A DNA stretch of 64,000 nucleotides from Octopus sinensis (lineage: Eukaryota). Positions 14,521 through 28,067 of the stretch are shown here, piece by piece. The position numbers and the translations under genes are program-made. The notes under the pieces were generated by a model that worked only from the letters and a program-made list of their open reading frames with translations, was not told where the DNA came from and searched no databases. The stretch lies in assembly GCF_006345805.1 (NCBI RefSeq), contig NC_042998.1:83142001-83206000 (forward strand). Reading direction: 5' to 3'. Each line of letters starts with the position of its first letter. Position 1 is the stretch's first letter.

Positions 14521-16635
14521 AAGGACAAGCTGTTTTATCACTTTAAACCTGTAACAGTGGTATATAGTATTAAATGAATATTGCCTACAGCAAGAAATTT
14601 CTTCCATGACAAACTACAGGGAATGGCTTTCTTACATATTTGAACTGGTAACAAGTTTGTTTTTCTACACATCACTGTTTACCACTGTCACCCCATATTT
14701 TGTTTACTGCAAGCTGCTGAATAATGCAACCTGTCATTGAACAATGATGTGAATATCATAAGTGGGACCTGTCCCTTGTGTCAGTTGCTGAAGAGGAGAT
14801 AACCATTCCGAAATGCATGCAGTCCACTGTCTGGTTAGGGAGTGCTGTGAACTAGTTCAGTGTATTTATGCCTATTTGTCTACAGTCAGAAATTTTATCC
14901 GAGACAAAATATAATGAATGGCTTTCTTATGGGTTCAAATATACCTCTAGCATATTTGAACTGATAATAAGTTTGTATAAATAAATATTGTGTCTTAAAT
15001 GGCTGGTATCATGTCTTGAAACTAATACAAAGGTAGCTGACACAAATTTGACTATATTACAAGCTTCCCCTGAAAGATCTTAAGAACCAAACTTGGAGGG
15101 TGGGATTATGATTGGGTATGTATCTTGTCTTAAAGGTTTTATTTGGATAACTGTTTAGTAATAATGGCTACATTGCTGAGAATTTTTAAAGAACTGAAGC
15201 AAATACTGTACATCAATAATGGAACTGTCTGAAAAAGAATGATTGGGTACATTCAGAAGCGTTCATCTAACAGAGACAAAGGAACTAAATGAATGATTAT
15301 GTGTGGCCCTCAAGCTCAGCATGTCAGGTATTGTCTTGGGCTGTTGTTCCAAAAGTTGTTGTTCAATAAAGATAATCTGACTACTTAAGGGCACAAATAA
15401 TGGGCAATGGCAGATATTACATAACACATAGTGTATTTTGATAATTAATTACTAAACAGTTTACTATTAGTTAATCATGTGTGAATAGGTCTGTTAATCA
15501 ATATGGTGGTATTTGGTCTCACTTCTATTCTACCATAAGTAGTATACAATTGCACTACAATCTGATACACTACAATCCACTTAGTACTAGGAGGTAAGAA
15601 GAATAGTTCGTGATATTTGAATTGTTTCTGTAGAAATTGATTGTGAAAGATAATCTGTATCTGATTGGTAAGATAAATCAGTATATAAGTACACAGGAAA
15701 GGCACTCAGTATATAATCTGCATATAATTGATAATGATTAAACTAAACCCACAAAAGTATTAGAGCTTCTACTTGGTGCAGTGTAACATTTTTCTTTTAA
15801 ATATTTACATTTTATGCAGTTGGAGGTTCAGTGGATATTGGATTTTTCAAAATGTGGAATATATGAAATGTTGTGGTGGAGGTTGTAAAACTAATGAATA
15901 AAAAAAGAGAAATCTAGGATAGTTTGATGTTGCAGAACTTCAGTTGTTCATATCTTGAGAAACTACCAGGCCTATTGCTATGGGACATTAGCTGAAATAC
16001 CTTTCATAGCTATGAATATTAATTTAGAATCACTGTATGATATCCGCTGTATTCTTTGAGTTCTGAAACATTGACGTACTTAAACAGCAGCAATGGCTGG
16101 AAGACAAACAGCAATATGTCACCTAAACTTGCCAGAGATTTTTCTTTCATACATCTGTCCTTAATGTGCTAAAATAATATTTTTGGAAAGTTTGCTTAAG
16201 TACAATGTTTCTTCTGATATTTATGTGTGTTTGCGCAAAAACATCTGCACAAAACCTATTTGCAGGTAGATATTTGTAATACCAGTAGAAATTGTTATTC
16301 TTTCATGCTTTCATTGTAAATAAATTGGTTCAATTTCTTTAAACACATTAGATTCACATTTTCTTTTCCTCTGTACCTTTCCAATGTTACATCACTGGTA
16401 TTAAGAAGGATATCCAAGGAGAAAAGAATATTTATTTCTATATGTGCCAAACAAAATACCTTGCCATTCCTTTGTTTTGATATAATTCTCCTTCCATTCC
16501 TGTGGGGTTCATCAAATATGTACCAGTCAGTACAAATAAAGACTAGTGTCAATTTAATCTTCTATATCCTAAAAGATAATATCATACTGTAGCTGTACTT
16601 TAATCTCTGAAACTAGCTAAGGGTTATGGATACAT

Positions 16636-16822
16636 ATGTGCCGGTGGCACGTAAAAAGCACCCACTACACTCACGGAGTGGTTGGCGTTAGGAAGGGCAT
16701 CCAACAGTAGAAACACTGCCAGATCAGATTGGAGCCTGGTGCAGCCTCCTGGCTTCCCAGACCCCGGTCGAACCGTCCAGCCCGTGCTAGCAGGGGAAAA
16801 CGGACGTTAAATGATGATGATG
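16636..16822 (+). mobile_element. RTE-type 3' tail fragment
   Basis: gtgccggtggcacgtaaaaagcacccactacac...ggacgttaaatgatgatgat. Confidence 0.85.
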
Positions 16823-17386
16823 TAGTCATATAAAGTTTGCTTTGCACCTACATGGTTCCAGGTTCAATCTTACTGTGGGGTACATAGTCTTTTATTGTAG
16901 CCTCAGACTGACGGATGACTTGTAATGGAATTCAATTGACAGAAATATACTTACACACATACACACACACACGTGTGTGGGTGTGTATCTCATATCTTAC
17001 TTAATTATCATAAATACTTTAATATATTGTTCTAATCTTCTTATTTCCACACATTAAATACTAAAAGAAAATAGTCACCTAATTTATTGCTTAAGTGCCA
17101 TTGTTTTGCAGTTGATGAATCAACAGGCTGAGGGGATAGAAATAGTACTATTCTTCCAAAATATAAGGGCATTAACATGACATTTTCCAGGAGGACAATT
17201 TTAAAAGTGCCACATATCTAGACATTTTGGTAATAATCTATGAAAGTGTATAGCAGCTGTATTATTTGAATATAGATTTTGTTTAAATCCACAGCTATTA
17301 CATACATACATACATACCCACATATATATGTACATTAACACTTATATATATATATATATGTACATATACACATACATATCCACATA

Positions 17387-17528
17387 TCATCATTGTTGTT
17401 TAACATCTGCTTTCCATGCTGGCATGGATTGGACAGTTTGACTGAGGACTGGCAAGCTAGAAGGCTGCACCAGGCTCCAGTCTGATATGGCAAAGTTTCT
17501 ACAGCTGGATGCCCTTCCTAACACCAAC

Positions 17529-17533
<5 letters not shown>
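17387..17533 (-). mobile_element. RTE-type 3' tail fragment between microsatellites
   Basis: tttaacatctgctttccatgctggc...ggatgcccttcctaacaccaaccac, flanked by (TA/CA)n. Confidence 0.8.
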
Positions 17534-17582
<49 letters not shown>

Positions 17583-18097
17583 GTATGTATGTATTTTTTT
17601 TCTTCACAGTATCTAGAGTGAATTTACCTTCAGAAGTTAAAATATATTACAAACCTATTTTAACTACCCTATAGTTCACACACATGTGTGTGTGTGTGTG
17701 TGTAGATTGTTTGAAGTGATGTACAGATTTTATATATTAAGATAAAGTGGGTTGTCAGAATTTCGGATAATTCTTTAATAGCACTTTCATTTCCTTCATG
17801 GTTATGGGACGAAAACAAACCATCATCATTCCTGTCTAACAAATTCTTTCATACAGCATTTGCCAGCCCAGAGATATTAGTAGAAGAAAGTGCCACATAG
17901 TGGGACTGAACCTGAAACCATGAGATTCAAAAGCAAACTTCTTAACCACATGACCATGCTTGCTCCTAATACAACCAGCCTACATTTTGATTCTCAAATT
18001 ATTTGAAAACTGAATTGCATGTTCATTAGTGCTTCTAGTACTATTAGATAAAATTGTAACGCTTTTTATCTTATGTAATGCAAATCAGCTAAATATT

Positions 18098-18538
18098 CTT
18101 TTCTGCTCTAGGCACAATGGCTGAAATTTTGTGGGAGGGCACCAGTCAATTAGATTGACCCCAGTACGCAACTGGTACTTAATTCATCGGCTTCGTAAGG
18201 ATGAAAGACAGTCAACATCAGCCAAATTTGAACTCAGAACAAAAAGACAGACGAAATACAGCTAAGCATTTCATCGGGCATGCTAACATTTCGGCCAGCT
18301 CAATGCCTTATCATACATAAATACTCTTTTCTACTCTAGGCACAAGGCCTGAAATTTTTGGGGAGGGGACCAGTTGATTAGATTGACCTCAGTACACAAC
18401 TTGTACTTAATTCATCGACCTCGAAAGGATGAAAGGCAAAGTCGACCTCAGCGGAATTTGAACTCAGAATGAAAAGACAGACGAAATACTGCTATGCATT
18501 TCACCCAGCATGCTAACATTTCTGCCAGCTCACCACCT
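18098..18538 (-). mobile_element. Tandem pair of Meta-domain-like tRNA SINEs
   Basis: Two copies of gctggcagaa...gttctgagttcaaattcc...gtcgactttgcctttcatcc (minus strand), flanked by the 19-bp direct repeat tgcaaatcagctaaatatt at 18079-18097 and 18539-18557. Confidence 0.8.
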
Positions 18539-18689
18539 TGCAAATCAGCTAAATATTAAATCATTTTTTTACTTATTATAGTTTGAGTTTTCACCATCAT
18601 CAACCATTAATGTCCATTTTCCATGCTGGTATTTGTTTCTAAAAATGCATATTTTGTTCAGAATCAATATACACACATTCTGCATGGGT

Positions 18690-19452
18690 TGGTACGAAGC
18701 CTCCATCATCCTCACTCCTACTCTCAGCTGAGGGGATTTTGTTGTCGTGCAAGTTACTTGGTAACTCCATTGGTGCTGGTACCATGTTAGAAAGCACTGG
18801 TTCTTGTGCCACGTAAAAAAGCTCTGGTGCTCGAGCCATGTAAAAAAGCACTGGTGCTCGTGCCATGTAAAAAAGCACTGGTGCTCGTGCCACGTAAAAA
18901 GGCACTGGTGTTGGTGCCAAGTAAAAAAGCACTGGTGCTCGTGCCACATAAAAAAGCACTGGTGCTGGTACCAAGTAAAAAAGCACTGGTGCTTGTGCCA
19001 CATAAAAAAGCACTGGTGCTTGTGCCACATAAAAAAGCACTGGTGCTTGTGCCACATAAAAAAGCACTGGTGCTTGTGCCACATAAAAAAGCACTGGTGC
19101 TTGTGCCACATAAAAAAGCACTGGTGCTTGTGCCACATAAAAAAGCACTGGTGCTTGTGCCACATAAAAAAGCACTTGTGCTCGTTCCACATAAAAAAGC
19201 ACTTGTGCTCATGCCTCATAAAAAAGCACTGCTGCTTGTGCCACATAAAAAGCACCAGTGTTGGTGCCACGTAAAAAGCACCCAGTACATTCTGTTTTGA
19301 CATGGTTTTTATGGCTGGATACCCTTTGTAACACCAACCACTTTACAGACAATGGAGACAATGCAGCCGACAACCTTAACAGCTCCTGTCAAACCATCCA
19401 ACCCATGCCAGCATGGAAAATGGATGTTAAATGATTATGATCATCATGATGA
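18690..19452 (+). mobile_element. RTE-tail-type element with an internal 27-bp array and a 59-bp microinversion
   Basis: Ends in ccatccaacccatgccagcatggaaaatggatgttaaatgat...(atg)n; internal order compared with the copy at 23295-23425. Confidence 0.75.
18790..19282 (+). repeat. 27-bp minisatellite, about 18 copies (aaaaaagcactggtgcttgtgccacat)
   Basis: 9-aa periodicity in overlapping ORFs; units abut directly with no spacers. Confidence 0.95.
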
Positions 19453-20169
19453 TAGCTATTAGCAAAATGTATTAGCTGCAGGTTCTGCAGTTATGTGCTA
19501 ATATAACTGCAGAATCTGCAGAATGTTTCATGCTGAGCCTTTAAACCATATGGTCTTATGTAGTGGACTTTGTGGTATATAATCCAGCAAGGATCCATAT
19601 GCTGCTTCTGATTTTAAGCAAAGAACTTAAATCTCAAATCAATGACTACATCAATGTCTTTAGTTTTACTGACAAAGTATGATAGACTGATGGAAAGACT
19701 TTTGACAGGCATGGTTTGTTTGCTTTTTTTAAATTCTAATTGGGTGATGATCCAAATCCTTTTGAGGATTTGTGATAGAACTGTTTGAGCCCTCAAATTT
19801 TGATTTAATGGACTAAGTAAGTAAATGATATGACTATAGAGAATAGCCCCCATCCACACACTTACACATTCTCAGACACACACACACACACACGTGCACC
19901 TTTGTTTTGGGACCGCCAATATTTTATTATCCCCACTTCTTTTAACCTCTCCTGTCAAACTTTTTTCCAACCAGTCGCCATGCTTGACTGCTAAATCCAC
20001 AAGCTTTTTAATCTCTCTCTGTTTATTTTCTCTTATTCCTTTCTGTTTAAGCATAAAAGACTTTCTCACTCTCCCAAGCATCAAACTAATACACCTGCTT
20101 GTTGTTCATACACCTGTCTTGTCTTCGTCTTTTGTTTTTCTGTAAATTTCAACTATATATATGTATTGT

Positions 20170-20395
20170 AAAAAGTACCATCCAAACGTGGTCAATACCA
20201 GTGTCGTCTGACTGGCTCCCATGCAAGTGGTACATAAAAAGCACCCGCCACACTTTTAGAGTGGTTGGCATTAGGAAGGGCATCCAGCTGTAGAAACCTG
20301 CCAAATCAGATTGGAACCTGGTGCAGTCTACTGGCTTGCTAGAACCCATTCAAATTGTTCAACCCATGCTAGCATGCAAAATGATGATGATGAAG
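20170..20395 (+). mobile_element. RTE-type 3' tail fragment
   Basis: gtggttggcattaggaagggcatccagctgtagaaac, then (atg)n. Confidence 0.8.
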
Positions 20396-20608
20396 GCAGG
20401 TGAATGAAGTTGTATAAGAATATAATTTTTCATAAAAGGCACCATTCGAGCATGTTCGTTGCCAGTGCCACCTAACTGGCTCCTGTGCTAGTGGCATGTA
20501 AAAAGCACCATTTGAGCATAGTTCTACTAAGCATTTTGTCTGACATGTTAATGATGCTGTCAGCATGCCACTTTTAATAATAATAATAATAATAATAATG
20601 ATGATGAT

Positions 20609-20795
20609 ACTTTCTACTATAGGCACAAGGCCTGAAATTCTGGGGAGGAGAGGGGGTGCAGCTAGTCAATTTCATCAAACCCAGTACTTGACTGGAACTT
20701 GTTTCATTTACCCCACAAAGATGACGTTAGTGGAATTTGAACTCAAAATGTAAAGACAAGCAAAATGCTACTAAGCATTTTTCCAGCATGCTCAC
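20609..20795 (-). mobile_element. Meta-domain-like SINE
   Basis: ctataggcacaaggcctgaaatt...gaatttgaactca..., homologous to 18335-18538. Confidence 0.75.
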
Positions 20796-20979
20796 AAATA
20801 ATAATAATGATTCTGTAAGCTCACTAATAATAATAATAATAATAATAAATCTTCCAAAATAATTAACAACCAAATGTCAAAGCTCATAATGTGCAGAAAG
20901 AGACCCTCTGAGACCTGACAACAGGCTGCTATCTGCCCTCACAGAATCAACCAGAGCAAACAAGACCAAGTGTGCTCAG

Positions 20980-21185
20980 CATCATCGTCATTTAATGTCT
21001 GTTTTGCATGCTGGCATGGGTTGGAAGGTTTGAATGAGGTTTGGAGAGCCAGCAGTTGCACCAGGCTCCAATCTGATCTGGCAATGTTTCTACAACTGGA
21101 TGTCCTTCCTAATGCCAACCACTCAAAGAGTGTGGTGGGTGCTTTTTATGTGCCACTGGCACAGAAGCCAGTCAGATGGGCCTGG
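20980..21185 (-). mobile_element. RTE-type 3' tail fragment
   Basis: catcatcgtcatttaatgtc...ccaatctgatctggca...gccaaccactc. Confidence 0.8.
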
Positions 21186-22656
21186 TTCTGAGAAGTAAAA
21201 CAATAATAATAGTAATAATAATTGAATTTATTTGATGTTAACGCTAAGCATCTACCTTTTAATTTAAATTTTTAGATAATTGTTTTGAATTTCTGATCTT
21301 CAGATCAGATTATTTGAATTTTAAAAAAATATATAATAATTGAAAAGTTTTGTTTTATTATTTAAACTTTTAGGGAAATTGTTAGCATTGAAATTTTAAA
21401 AAAGTTACTACACCTTAATGTTACTGAGTTAGTTTTCTATTGTGCATGTATTGTGCAAATGTTTTACAAAACAACCTGAAAGCTTAATGATGTCTGACCT
21501 GATTTTGGACTGGGTAATTGTAGCAATCTTTATTACAGAGTATAGTTGTTTATATTTTAACATGAGGTTAGCAAAATAGAACTAATGTAATATTAAACAA
21601 TGTAGATATGACTAAGACAGATTGTATTATTATATCATCTATATGGCTGGTCAACAAAGAAGGTACTTGTTATTTCTAATAAATAACATTAACATTTCAA
21701 TGGTTTCTTTTTCTCCCTCTTTTGCCATTCATGATAGCCTGAATGACTGTAAGCAAAACTATTTTGAGCTTTTCTTTTTGTTGAAGCATTTTCCCTATAA
21801 CATGGCATATTGGTTCAAGTTGCTAAGAAAAAGTAAAAAAGAAAAAATAAAGAACTCAAGGCAAAATTTTCAGAATGATTTCAAAATGACTGCATAAATG
21901 TTTGACATTTTGACTGTTCAAGTGGATTGCTAATGCATTATTGGAAACGGAGAATGTGAAAGAAATCCCAAAATAAAGAAAACAGGAATTCAAAAGTGGA
22001 ATATCCATCTTTGGTAGAATAATGTTTCTTTGTTTGGAATGTTTCAAGAACCCTCAAGTAAAAGACAGTACATTCTTCCATAAAAAAAAAGCATTAGTAT
22101 CTACAGGATTATCTACTTCACTAAAATATTCCAGTGTAGTATCCTTTCACTTTTCTCAATTTTGCCATGAACATAGGATATATGCCACATGGATCTCAAA
22201 TAGATGCTTCTTTCATCACATACATGTATCAAACAAATATATTGAATAAAAAGGGAAAGTAAATACATATGAAACCTTGATGGTTTTTTTAAAAAAACTT
22301 TATGCTTTCATCATTGCAAAAGATAATTGGGAAAATTAAATTAATATATATAAATTAATTTAAAAATAGATATCTTATGTATATGGAAGTTTAATGAGTT
22401 CAATTTGAATGAATCACTGTTGCTAAGTAGACAGTCCCACAAATGTCTACATCCAATCATCTTGTTTTATAGCTTGGTTGCCATGTATTCTGACCAAGTA
22501 ACTGGTTATGATGTCGCAGTATTAAAAGTAATGCATAGACTGGAATTCCAGTTATGATTACATTGTATACCTATTCCTCACCCCAAAAAATTAGCCTTCT
22601 TCCTAGTGGATGCAAAATCAAATCATGACAGTGCAAAAAATCAAGTAGTTTTAAAA

Positions 22657-22934
22657 TGAAACTGAAAGAAACCTGTGTGTGTGATATGCATATGTATGTG
22701 CAAGTGTGTTTGTGTGTGTACCTTTGTATAGACATCAGGTGATGGTTGTAAATGAACATAATCATCATACAAGCAAGGTTGTTTGTTTCCAGTCTTCCCT
22801 GAAAAACATGTCTACATATATAGGAAAATATTACTGTACTTGGAAACAGGTGAGAGTTGGTGATAGCAAGGGCATCTGGTATAGAAAATTTACCTCCACA
22901 AATTTTATCTGATCCATGCAATGGTGATGATGAT
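22657..22934 (+). mobile_element. Family B SINE (end of family A head, microsatellite, RTE-like tail), partial
   Basis: actgaaagaaacc, then (TG)n, then gatggttgtaaatga...ttggaaacaggtgagagttggtgatagcaagggcatc and (atg)n. Confidence 0.65.
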
Positions 22935-23710
22935 ATGAACTGATACTGATCATACCTCCATCTCTGTTTGCCACTCACTGCATTCATCTATGTTCTCACT
23001 TCTAATCATCTGTTACTCTCTTAACATTTTTGCAAACTTACCCAACCACCATTTTTGTTCTTCCCCTTTATATTCACCCTCTTGAGGGTACATGCATCTC
23101 ATCACGACCATCTTTTTCTCCCTCTTTCCAGCTGGTGTAGCCATGACTCTCCTTTACAGCAAGACCTTGTTTCTTTCCTTCTCTCATACACTTGTCTCTC
23201 AACATCTGGTTTAAACCTACCTTCCTGCGTACTACACCCCAACTTAGTCGAGAGGTCTTGTCTTTCAGACTACTTGACAAACTCAAACTCATTAATGCTG
23301 GCAACAGGAAAAAAAAAATCACTATGCACCCTCTGTAAAGGAGTTGGTATAAGGAAGAGCATCCAGCCATACAGACTTTGCCAGAGCAGACACTGGAGCT
23401 CAAAGCATGGAAGTCAGACAATGATAATGAACTGGGTACAGTAGGGTGTGTGTTTGTGTGTGTGTGTAAATATGTATGTATATATATATGTACATATATT
23501 CATGTATATAATGCGATAAGTATATTTATATGTCCAAATGATATGTCTGTATGGATAACTTTATCAACATGAGATGATAAGAGGATATTTAATTGGATAT
23601 TACTCAACAGTTAAACAAAAGGTTAATTTATTTGCCATTAGCTGTGTTTGAGCAATTTAGCCTACATTTTCTTTAACTCATCAGCTTTTAGTATTTCATT
23701 TGTTGAGATA

Positions 23711-24110
23711 GGTGCAGGAGTGGCTGTGGTAAGAAGCTTGCTTCCCAACAGCATGGCTCTGGGTTCAGTCCCACTGCATGGCACCTTGGGCAAGTGTCTT
23801 CTACTATAGCCTCGTGCCAACCAAAGCCATGTGAGTGGATTTGATAGATCTAAGTTCTTTGTTAACTCGGGTGTGGAGAATTTAATAAAAATTATTTTCT
23901 TAACTTTGAAAAACTTTCTTGCATTGTCCCCTACCATCGCTTTGACAACTAATGTTGGTGTGTTTACTTCCCCATAACTTAGCAGTTTGGCAAAAGTGAC
24001 CGATAGAAAAAGTACTAGGCTTACAAATGATAAGTCCTGGGGTCAATTTGTTCGACTAAAGGTGGTGCTCCTGCATGGCCACAGTCAAATGACTGAAACA
24101 AGTAAAAGAA
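23711..24110 (+). mobile_element. Family A SINE with the microsatellite junction replaced by about 75 bp of AT-rich unique sequence
   Basis: Head 23711-23850 and tail A 23925-24110. Confidence 0.8.
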
Positions 24111-24203
24111 TACTGTCTGCACATGGGAGAAAGGATGTGTATGCATGTGTATGTATATATAAATATGGTCAGAATAATAAAGTATTGTAAAAATAATATA
24201 TAT

Positions 24204-24745
24204 AGGAGTGGCTGTGTGGTAAGTAGCTTGCTTACCAACAACATGGTTCTGGGTTCAGTCCCACTGTGTGGCACCTTGGGAAAGTGTTTCTACTATAGCC
24301 TCGGGCCAACCAAAGCCTTGTGAGTAGATTTGGTAGACGGAAACTGAAAGAAACTTGTCCTCTGTGTGTGTGTGTGTGTGTGGTGTGTGTGTGTATATAT
24401 CTTTTTTTTCAGCTGAATTATTTATGTTTATCTATTTTTTGGTGTGTGTGTGTGTGTATGCATGTGTATGTGTGTGTATGCATGTGTGTGTGTGTGTGCA
24501 CGTGTTTGTGTGTATTCATGTGTGTGCAAGTGTTTGTGTGTATGCATGTGTGTGCATGTATGTATATTTACGTGTGCATGTCTGTATATTTGTGTATGTA
24601 AGTATATGTTTATATGCATGCATGTATTGTATATTTGTGTTAGTGCCTGTATAACACATCATCATTTAGCACCTGCTTTCCATGCTGGCATAACTTGGAC
24701 AGTTTGACTGAATCTGGTAAGCTGGAAAGCTGCACCAAGTTCCAT
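24204..24745 (+). mobile_element. Family A head, about 290 bp of microsatellite, then an antisense RTE-tail fragment (24657-24745)
   Basis: ggagtggctgtgtggtaagtagcttgcttacc...ggaaactgaaagaa, then (TG/TA)n, then catcatcatttagcacctgctttccatgctgg. Confidence 0.75.
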
Positions 24746-25514
24746 ACAGAAATATATATTCATGTACATAAACATGCATATTCTTACATACATAGACATA
24801 CATACACAAAACAATACTTATACTCAAGCAAGTCACCTGGAAAATAATTAAAGAAATAAAGAATTTTTTTGGAAATTGCTAGACAAATATTTTCAGTTTT
24901 GATATGGTCTCTTTTCAAAAGGTCACCCCAAAATGTTTCAGAAAAATTTTATTATTTATCTACTTGAGATATATTGAAGTAGTGATTTCCTTTTGACCTG
25001 TTACACAAGATCTTTTTTTTGTTGTTTTTGTATGCCAGTCTTTTAGCCAAACAATTTACACTTTATATCTTGGTATTGTACTGCATCTCTTGATCATGAT
25101 TCTTAACTCTCAAACAGCACAGTCCAATTATTGTAAATAATCAATGTGTAGCTGTTGGGACAATGTGTATTTAACAAGTGTTTCTACCATAAGTAAATAG
25201 CTTTGAGAGGCATGGGAAGTTTTTGTATATTTATTGGCAGTATTTTTACTTCTGGTTTCCCAGGCTGGCATAGGTTAGAACGTTGTCAGTTCTTATATGA
25301 ATAACTACTCACTTGTGTGAACTTGTGTGTGTAGAGGTCTGGCTTTGAGAATATTTGTGTGTACTTCTATTTGTGCTCTTTGTCTCTCTCACTGTCTGAC
25401 ATACATGAGCACATGTGTATGTATAATGTGTATATAATGATATGTCTTACTATATCTGCATGGTTCATGTGTGTGTAGCTCTTCATGTATGTAGGTGTCT
25501 CTGTTTGAGGGTTT

Positions 25515-28060
25515 TTTGTCATCATCATTCTCATGTTCATTCCTGTGTTAGCCTTTTCAATTTCAGCATTCCATACATTGTTGCAGTTTTTTGTCTTCTT
25601 CATGAGATTCAACCTTTAGAAATCAACTTCACAATTTCCAATGTTTCCCATGGGTTCCTTTCACAAGGAGTACTTGACATTTCCTTATCCAGCTATGATA
25701 TCCTTCGTACACATCACTTGCACTTACCAGTACATTCTTCTATCTTGTACCTAGCTTCTGATTTCTTTTATACAAAGTTTTTCTTTCAGCTCATTTGTGC
25801 TCTGTTATCAATTTCATACTAACATTACATATCCAACAGAGAATACTTGCCTACTTCCTTTCAAACTTTTTCAAATCCTTTGTATTAAATGCACAACTCC
25901 TTTTACTATGCAATATAACACCCAGGCATCATACAATCTGATTTTCACTCAAAGATATATTCTGCTTGTTGCCAGCAGAAGTAACAATTCCTTGAGTTTT
26001 TTTGGCTACCATCTCTTGGTGCAACTCACCCCACAGCTAATTAGATCACAGAAGTTGTCCACTACTTTTAGAGACTCCCAGGGGATTTGAAGGAATTTAT
26101 TTCTACAAACCATTCCAGTACACCTGCTGCATACAAAATCCTTTTTTTTTTTTGATTTTTGTCAGCTTGCCTTTGATTCTGTTATGTCTTCTGCATTGAT
26201 AATTTCCATAAAGTATACTACACCAACACCTTTTCTGTATATCAACCTAAGCTATTTTCTCCAATTAAGTATAGTCCTGTATTTTGGACTGCAGATTAAA
26301 ACTTCAGCATTTGCTTAGTTTTGTTCAGGCCTTATAATTCCAAGTTTTCTTTTCACATTTGGAAATACTTTTCTGCATATTGGAATTCCCACAATCAGCA
26401 AGTCATACACTTCTATGTTATAGTTTGGAGGGGCTAAAACCAGGACCTTGATGGGCGCTTAATTATATGCTAAATTCCTTACTCAGCTTAATGCTAACTT
26501 TCAGTTGGTGATAGCATCTCTGTTCATAGGCTGCAGAGTTAGCCATTTACCTACACTTAACTCTTTTAGCAACCACCTGACAACAGCATATAGAATCTTG
26601 TCAAAGCCATCAAGGTCAACAATGCTAGGTACTGCAGCTTACTTTATAAAGAAGAGAGCATTGATAGTATCTCATCTTGGCATAAGCTCAATCTGCATCT
26701 TGTCTGATTTTCTTCCTGATTAATTGTTTTGTAATTCTGTTACTTTCATAACCTGTTCCATCAATTTGATGTCTCTGTAATTACTTATTTCTAGAGCATC
26801 TCCTTGCCTTTATAGCAGATGACAATGATACTTTGATAGCAGTCATTGAGTATTACACCTTCCTGTATAACTTAACTATGAACATGACCCACTTAACCCG
26901 ATATTTTCAATATGTCAGTGACTATTCCTAACTAACCAGCTGTTTTCAATTCCTTAATCATGCTTTTAGACCACCAAAATAACTCTACAGCTGTCAACTC
27001 AACAGCTGGTCCTTCTGTTGTGTGTACTTGGAAGTGGAGTCTGTGTGTGTGTGTGTCTCTCTCCCCACCCACTATGCATTTTCCTTATTCAGCTGTCTCT
27101 CATAACATCATTTCCTTGCATTTTTTTTATTGATGCCAGTGAAGGTGTGTGTGAGTGCGTGTGCGTGTGTGCTTCTTATTTTGTACACACTTTTCTCCAC
27201 AGCTTTTTTGATTTACATTAGCACAGTTTTGCAATCTTGAACACTTCATTCTTCTGCAAGCCTCCAATTTTCTTTCTCCCCTTGCTAACAACTAATTACC
27301 CAATATTTTTGCCCTTACCCTTCTATTTTTCTCTGACCTGTTGTTTAGCTTCTATAGGTTTTTCTGCTGGACTATTACATCTCTCACCTTCCATCAACTG
27401 TTGATTTGGTATTGTTACCTTGTAGAAACAACCAGTTGTCAAAGTTGTAAATACCTACTCCTGCTACTTGCCATATACTTCAACTTTTCTAAACTTTCAT
27501 CCAGCCAAGGATGTTTCATCTTCTCATATTTTCTTTCTCTAATTAGTCCTGTAGCTCTGGGTTTATTGAGCTCTCTCTCTAATATCATTAATCAGGAGCC
27601 ACTAATCACAAATCTTTGAGTTATACTTTCTTCACTTGTGAAGGATTTAATATTCACTTGTTTCCCATCCTTTGCCTGCTAAATATGAAGTCTGTTTGAT
27701 GTGCATGTTCACTTGACCAGTTGGTGACTAAGTGGCTGGCAGCTTTCCTGAAGTTATTTGCAAATTAATTGTAAAGTAGTTCGGTCATCTCTATAACAGA
27801 ACTCCAAGATCTTTGATTTATTTTCATTTCCCAAACGATATCTAGGATATCTATGTCCATCATGTATACTAGAGATACCATTGTGGTGTTACTCAAAATG
27901 TTTATTAAAGAGACTAACCATAACAAAGTTTTTGTCATTCGTATCAATGGCTCTTTTTGTTATTTATATCAATGGTCCTTTTGTTTTTCTGTTAGTGCTG
28001 ATTGTGCTGAAAATGCAATGACTGTAGGTGCTGTTCAATTGCCTATGAGTAATGTTGTCA
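25515..28060 (-). mobile_element. Decayed RTE-clade LINE (AP endonuclease, RT and C-terminus)
   Basis: Minus-strand remnants: TVIAFSAQSALTEKQKDH and FNKHFE*HHNGISSIHDGH (APE); AHQGPGFSP (cf. VHQGSVLSP, RT); QDRRMYW and ..VKGTHGK.. (C-terminus); (atg)n tail near 25520. Many stops and frameshifts. Confidence 0.8.
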
Positions 28061-28067
28061 CCATACG

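Noticed and set aside
18790-19282. CRISPR-like regular repeat
   Set aside because: Units abut with no unique spacers, there are no cas genes, and the context is eukaryotic; it is a minisatellite within an RTE-type tail.
19872-20084. 70-aa minus-strand ORF (KHGDWLEKSLTGEVKRSG)
   Set aside because: Faintly resembles a decayed LINE C-terminus; no splice context; too weak to call.
21540-22300. Possible transposase-derived AT-rich segment
   Set aside because: No TIRs or recognisable motifs found by eye.
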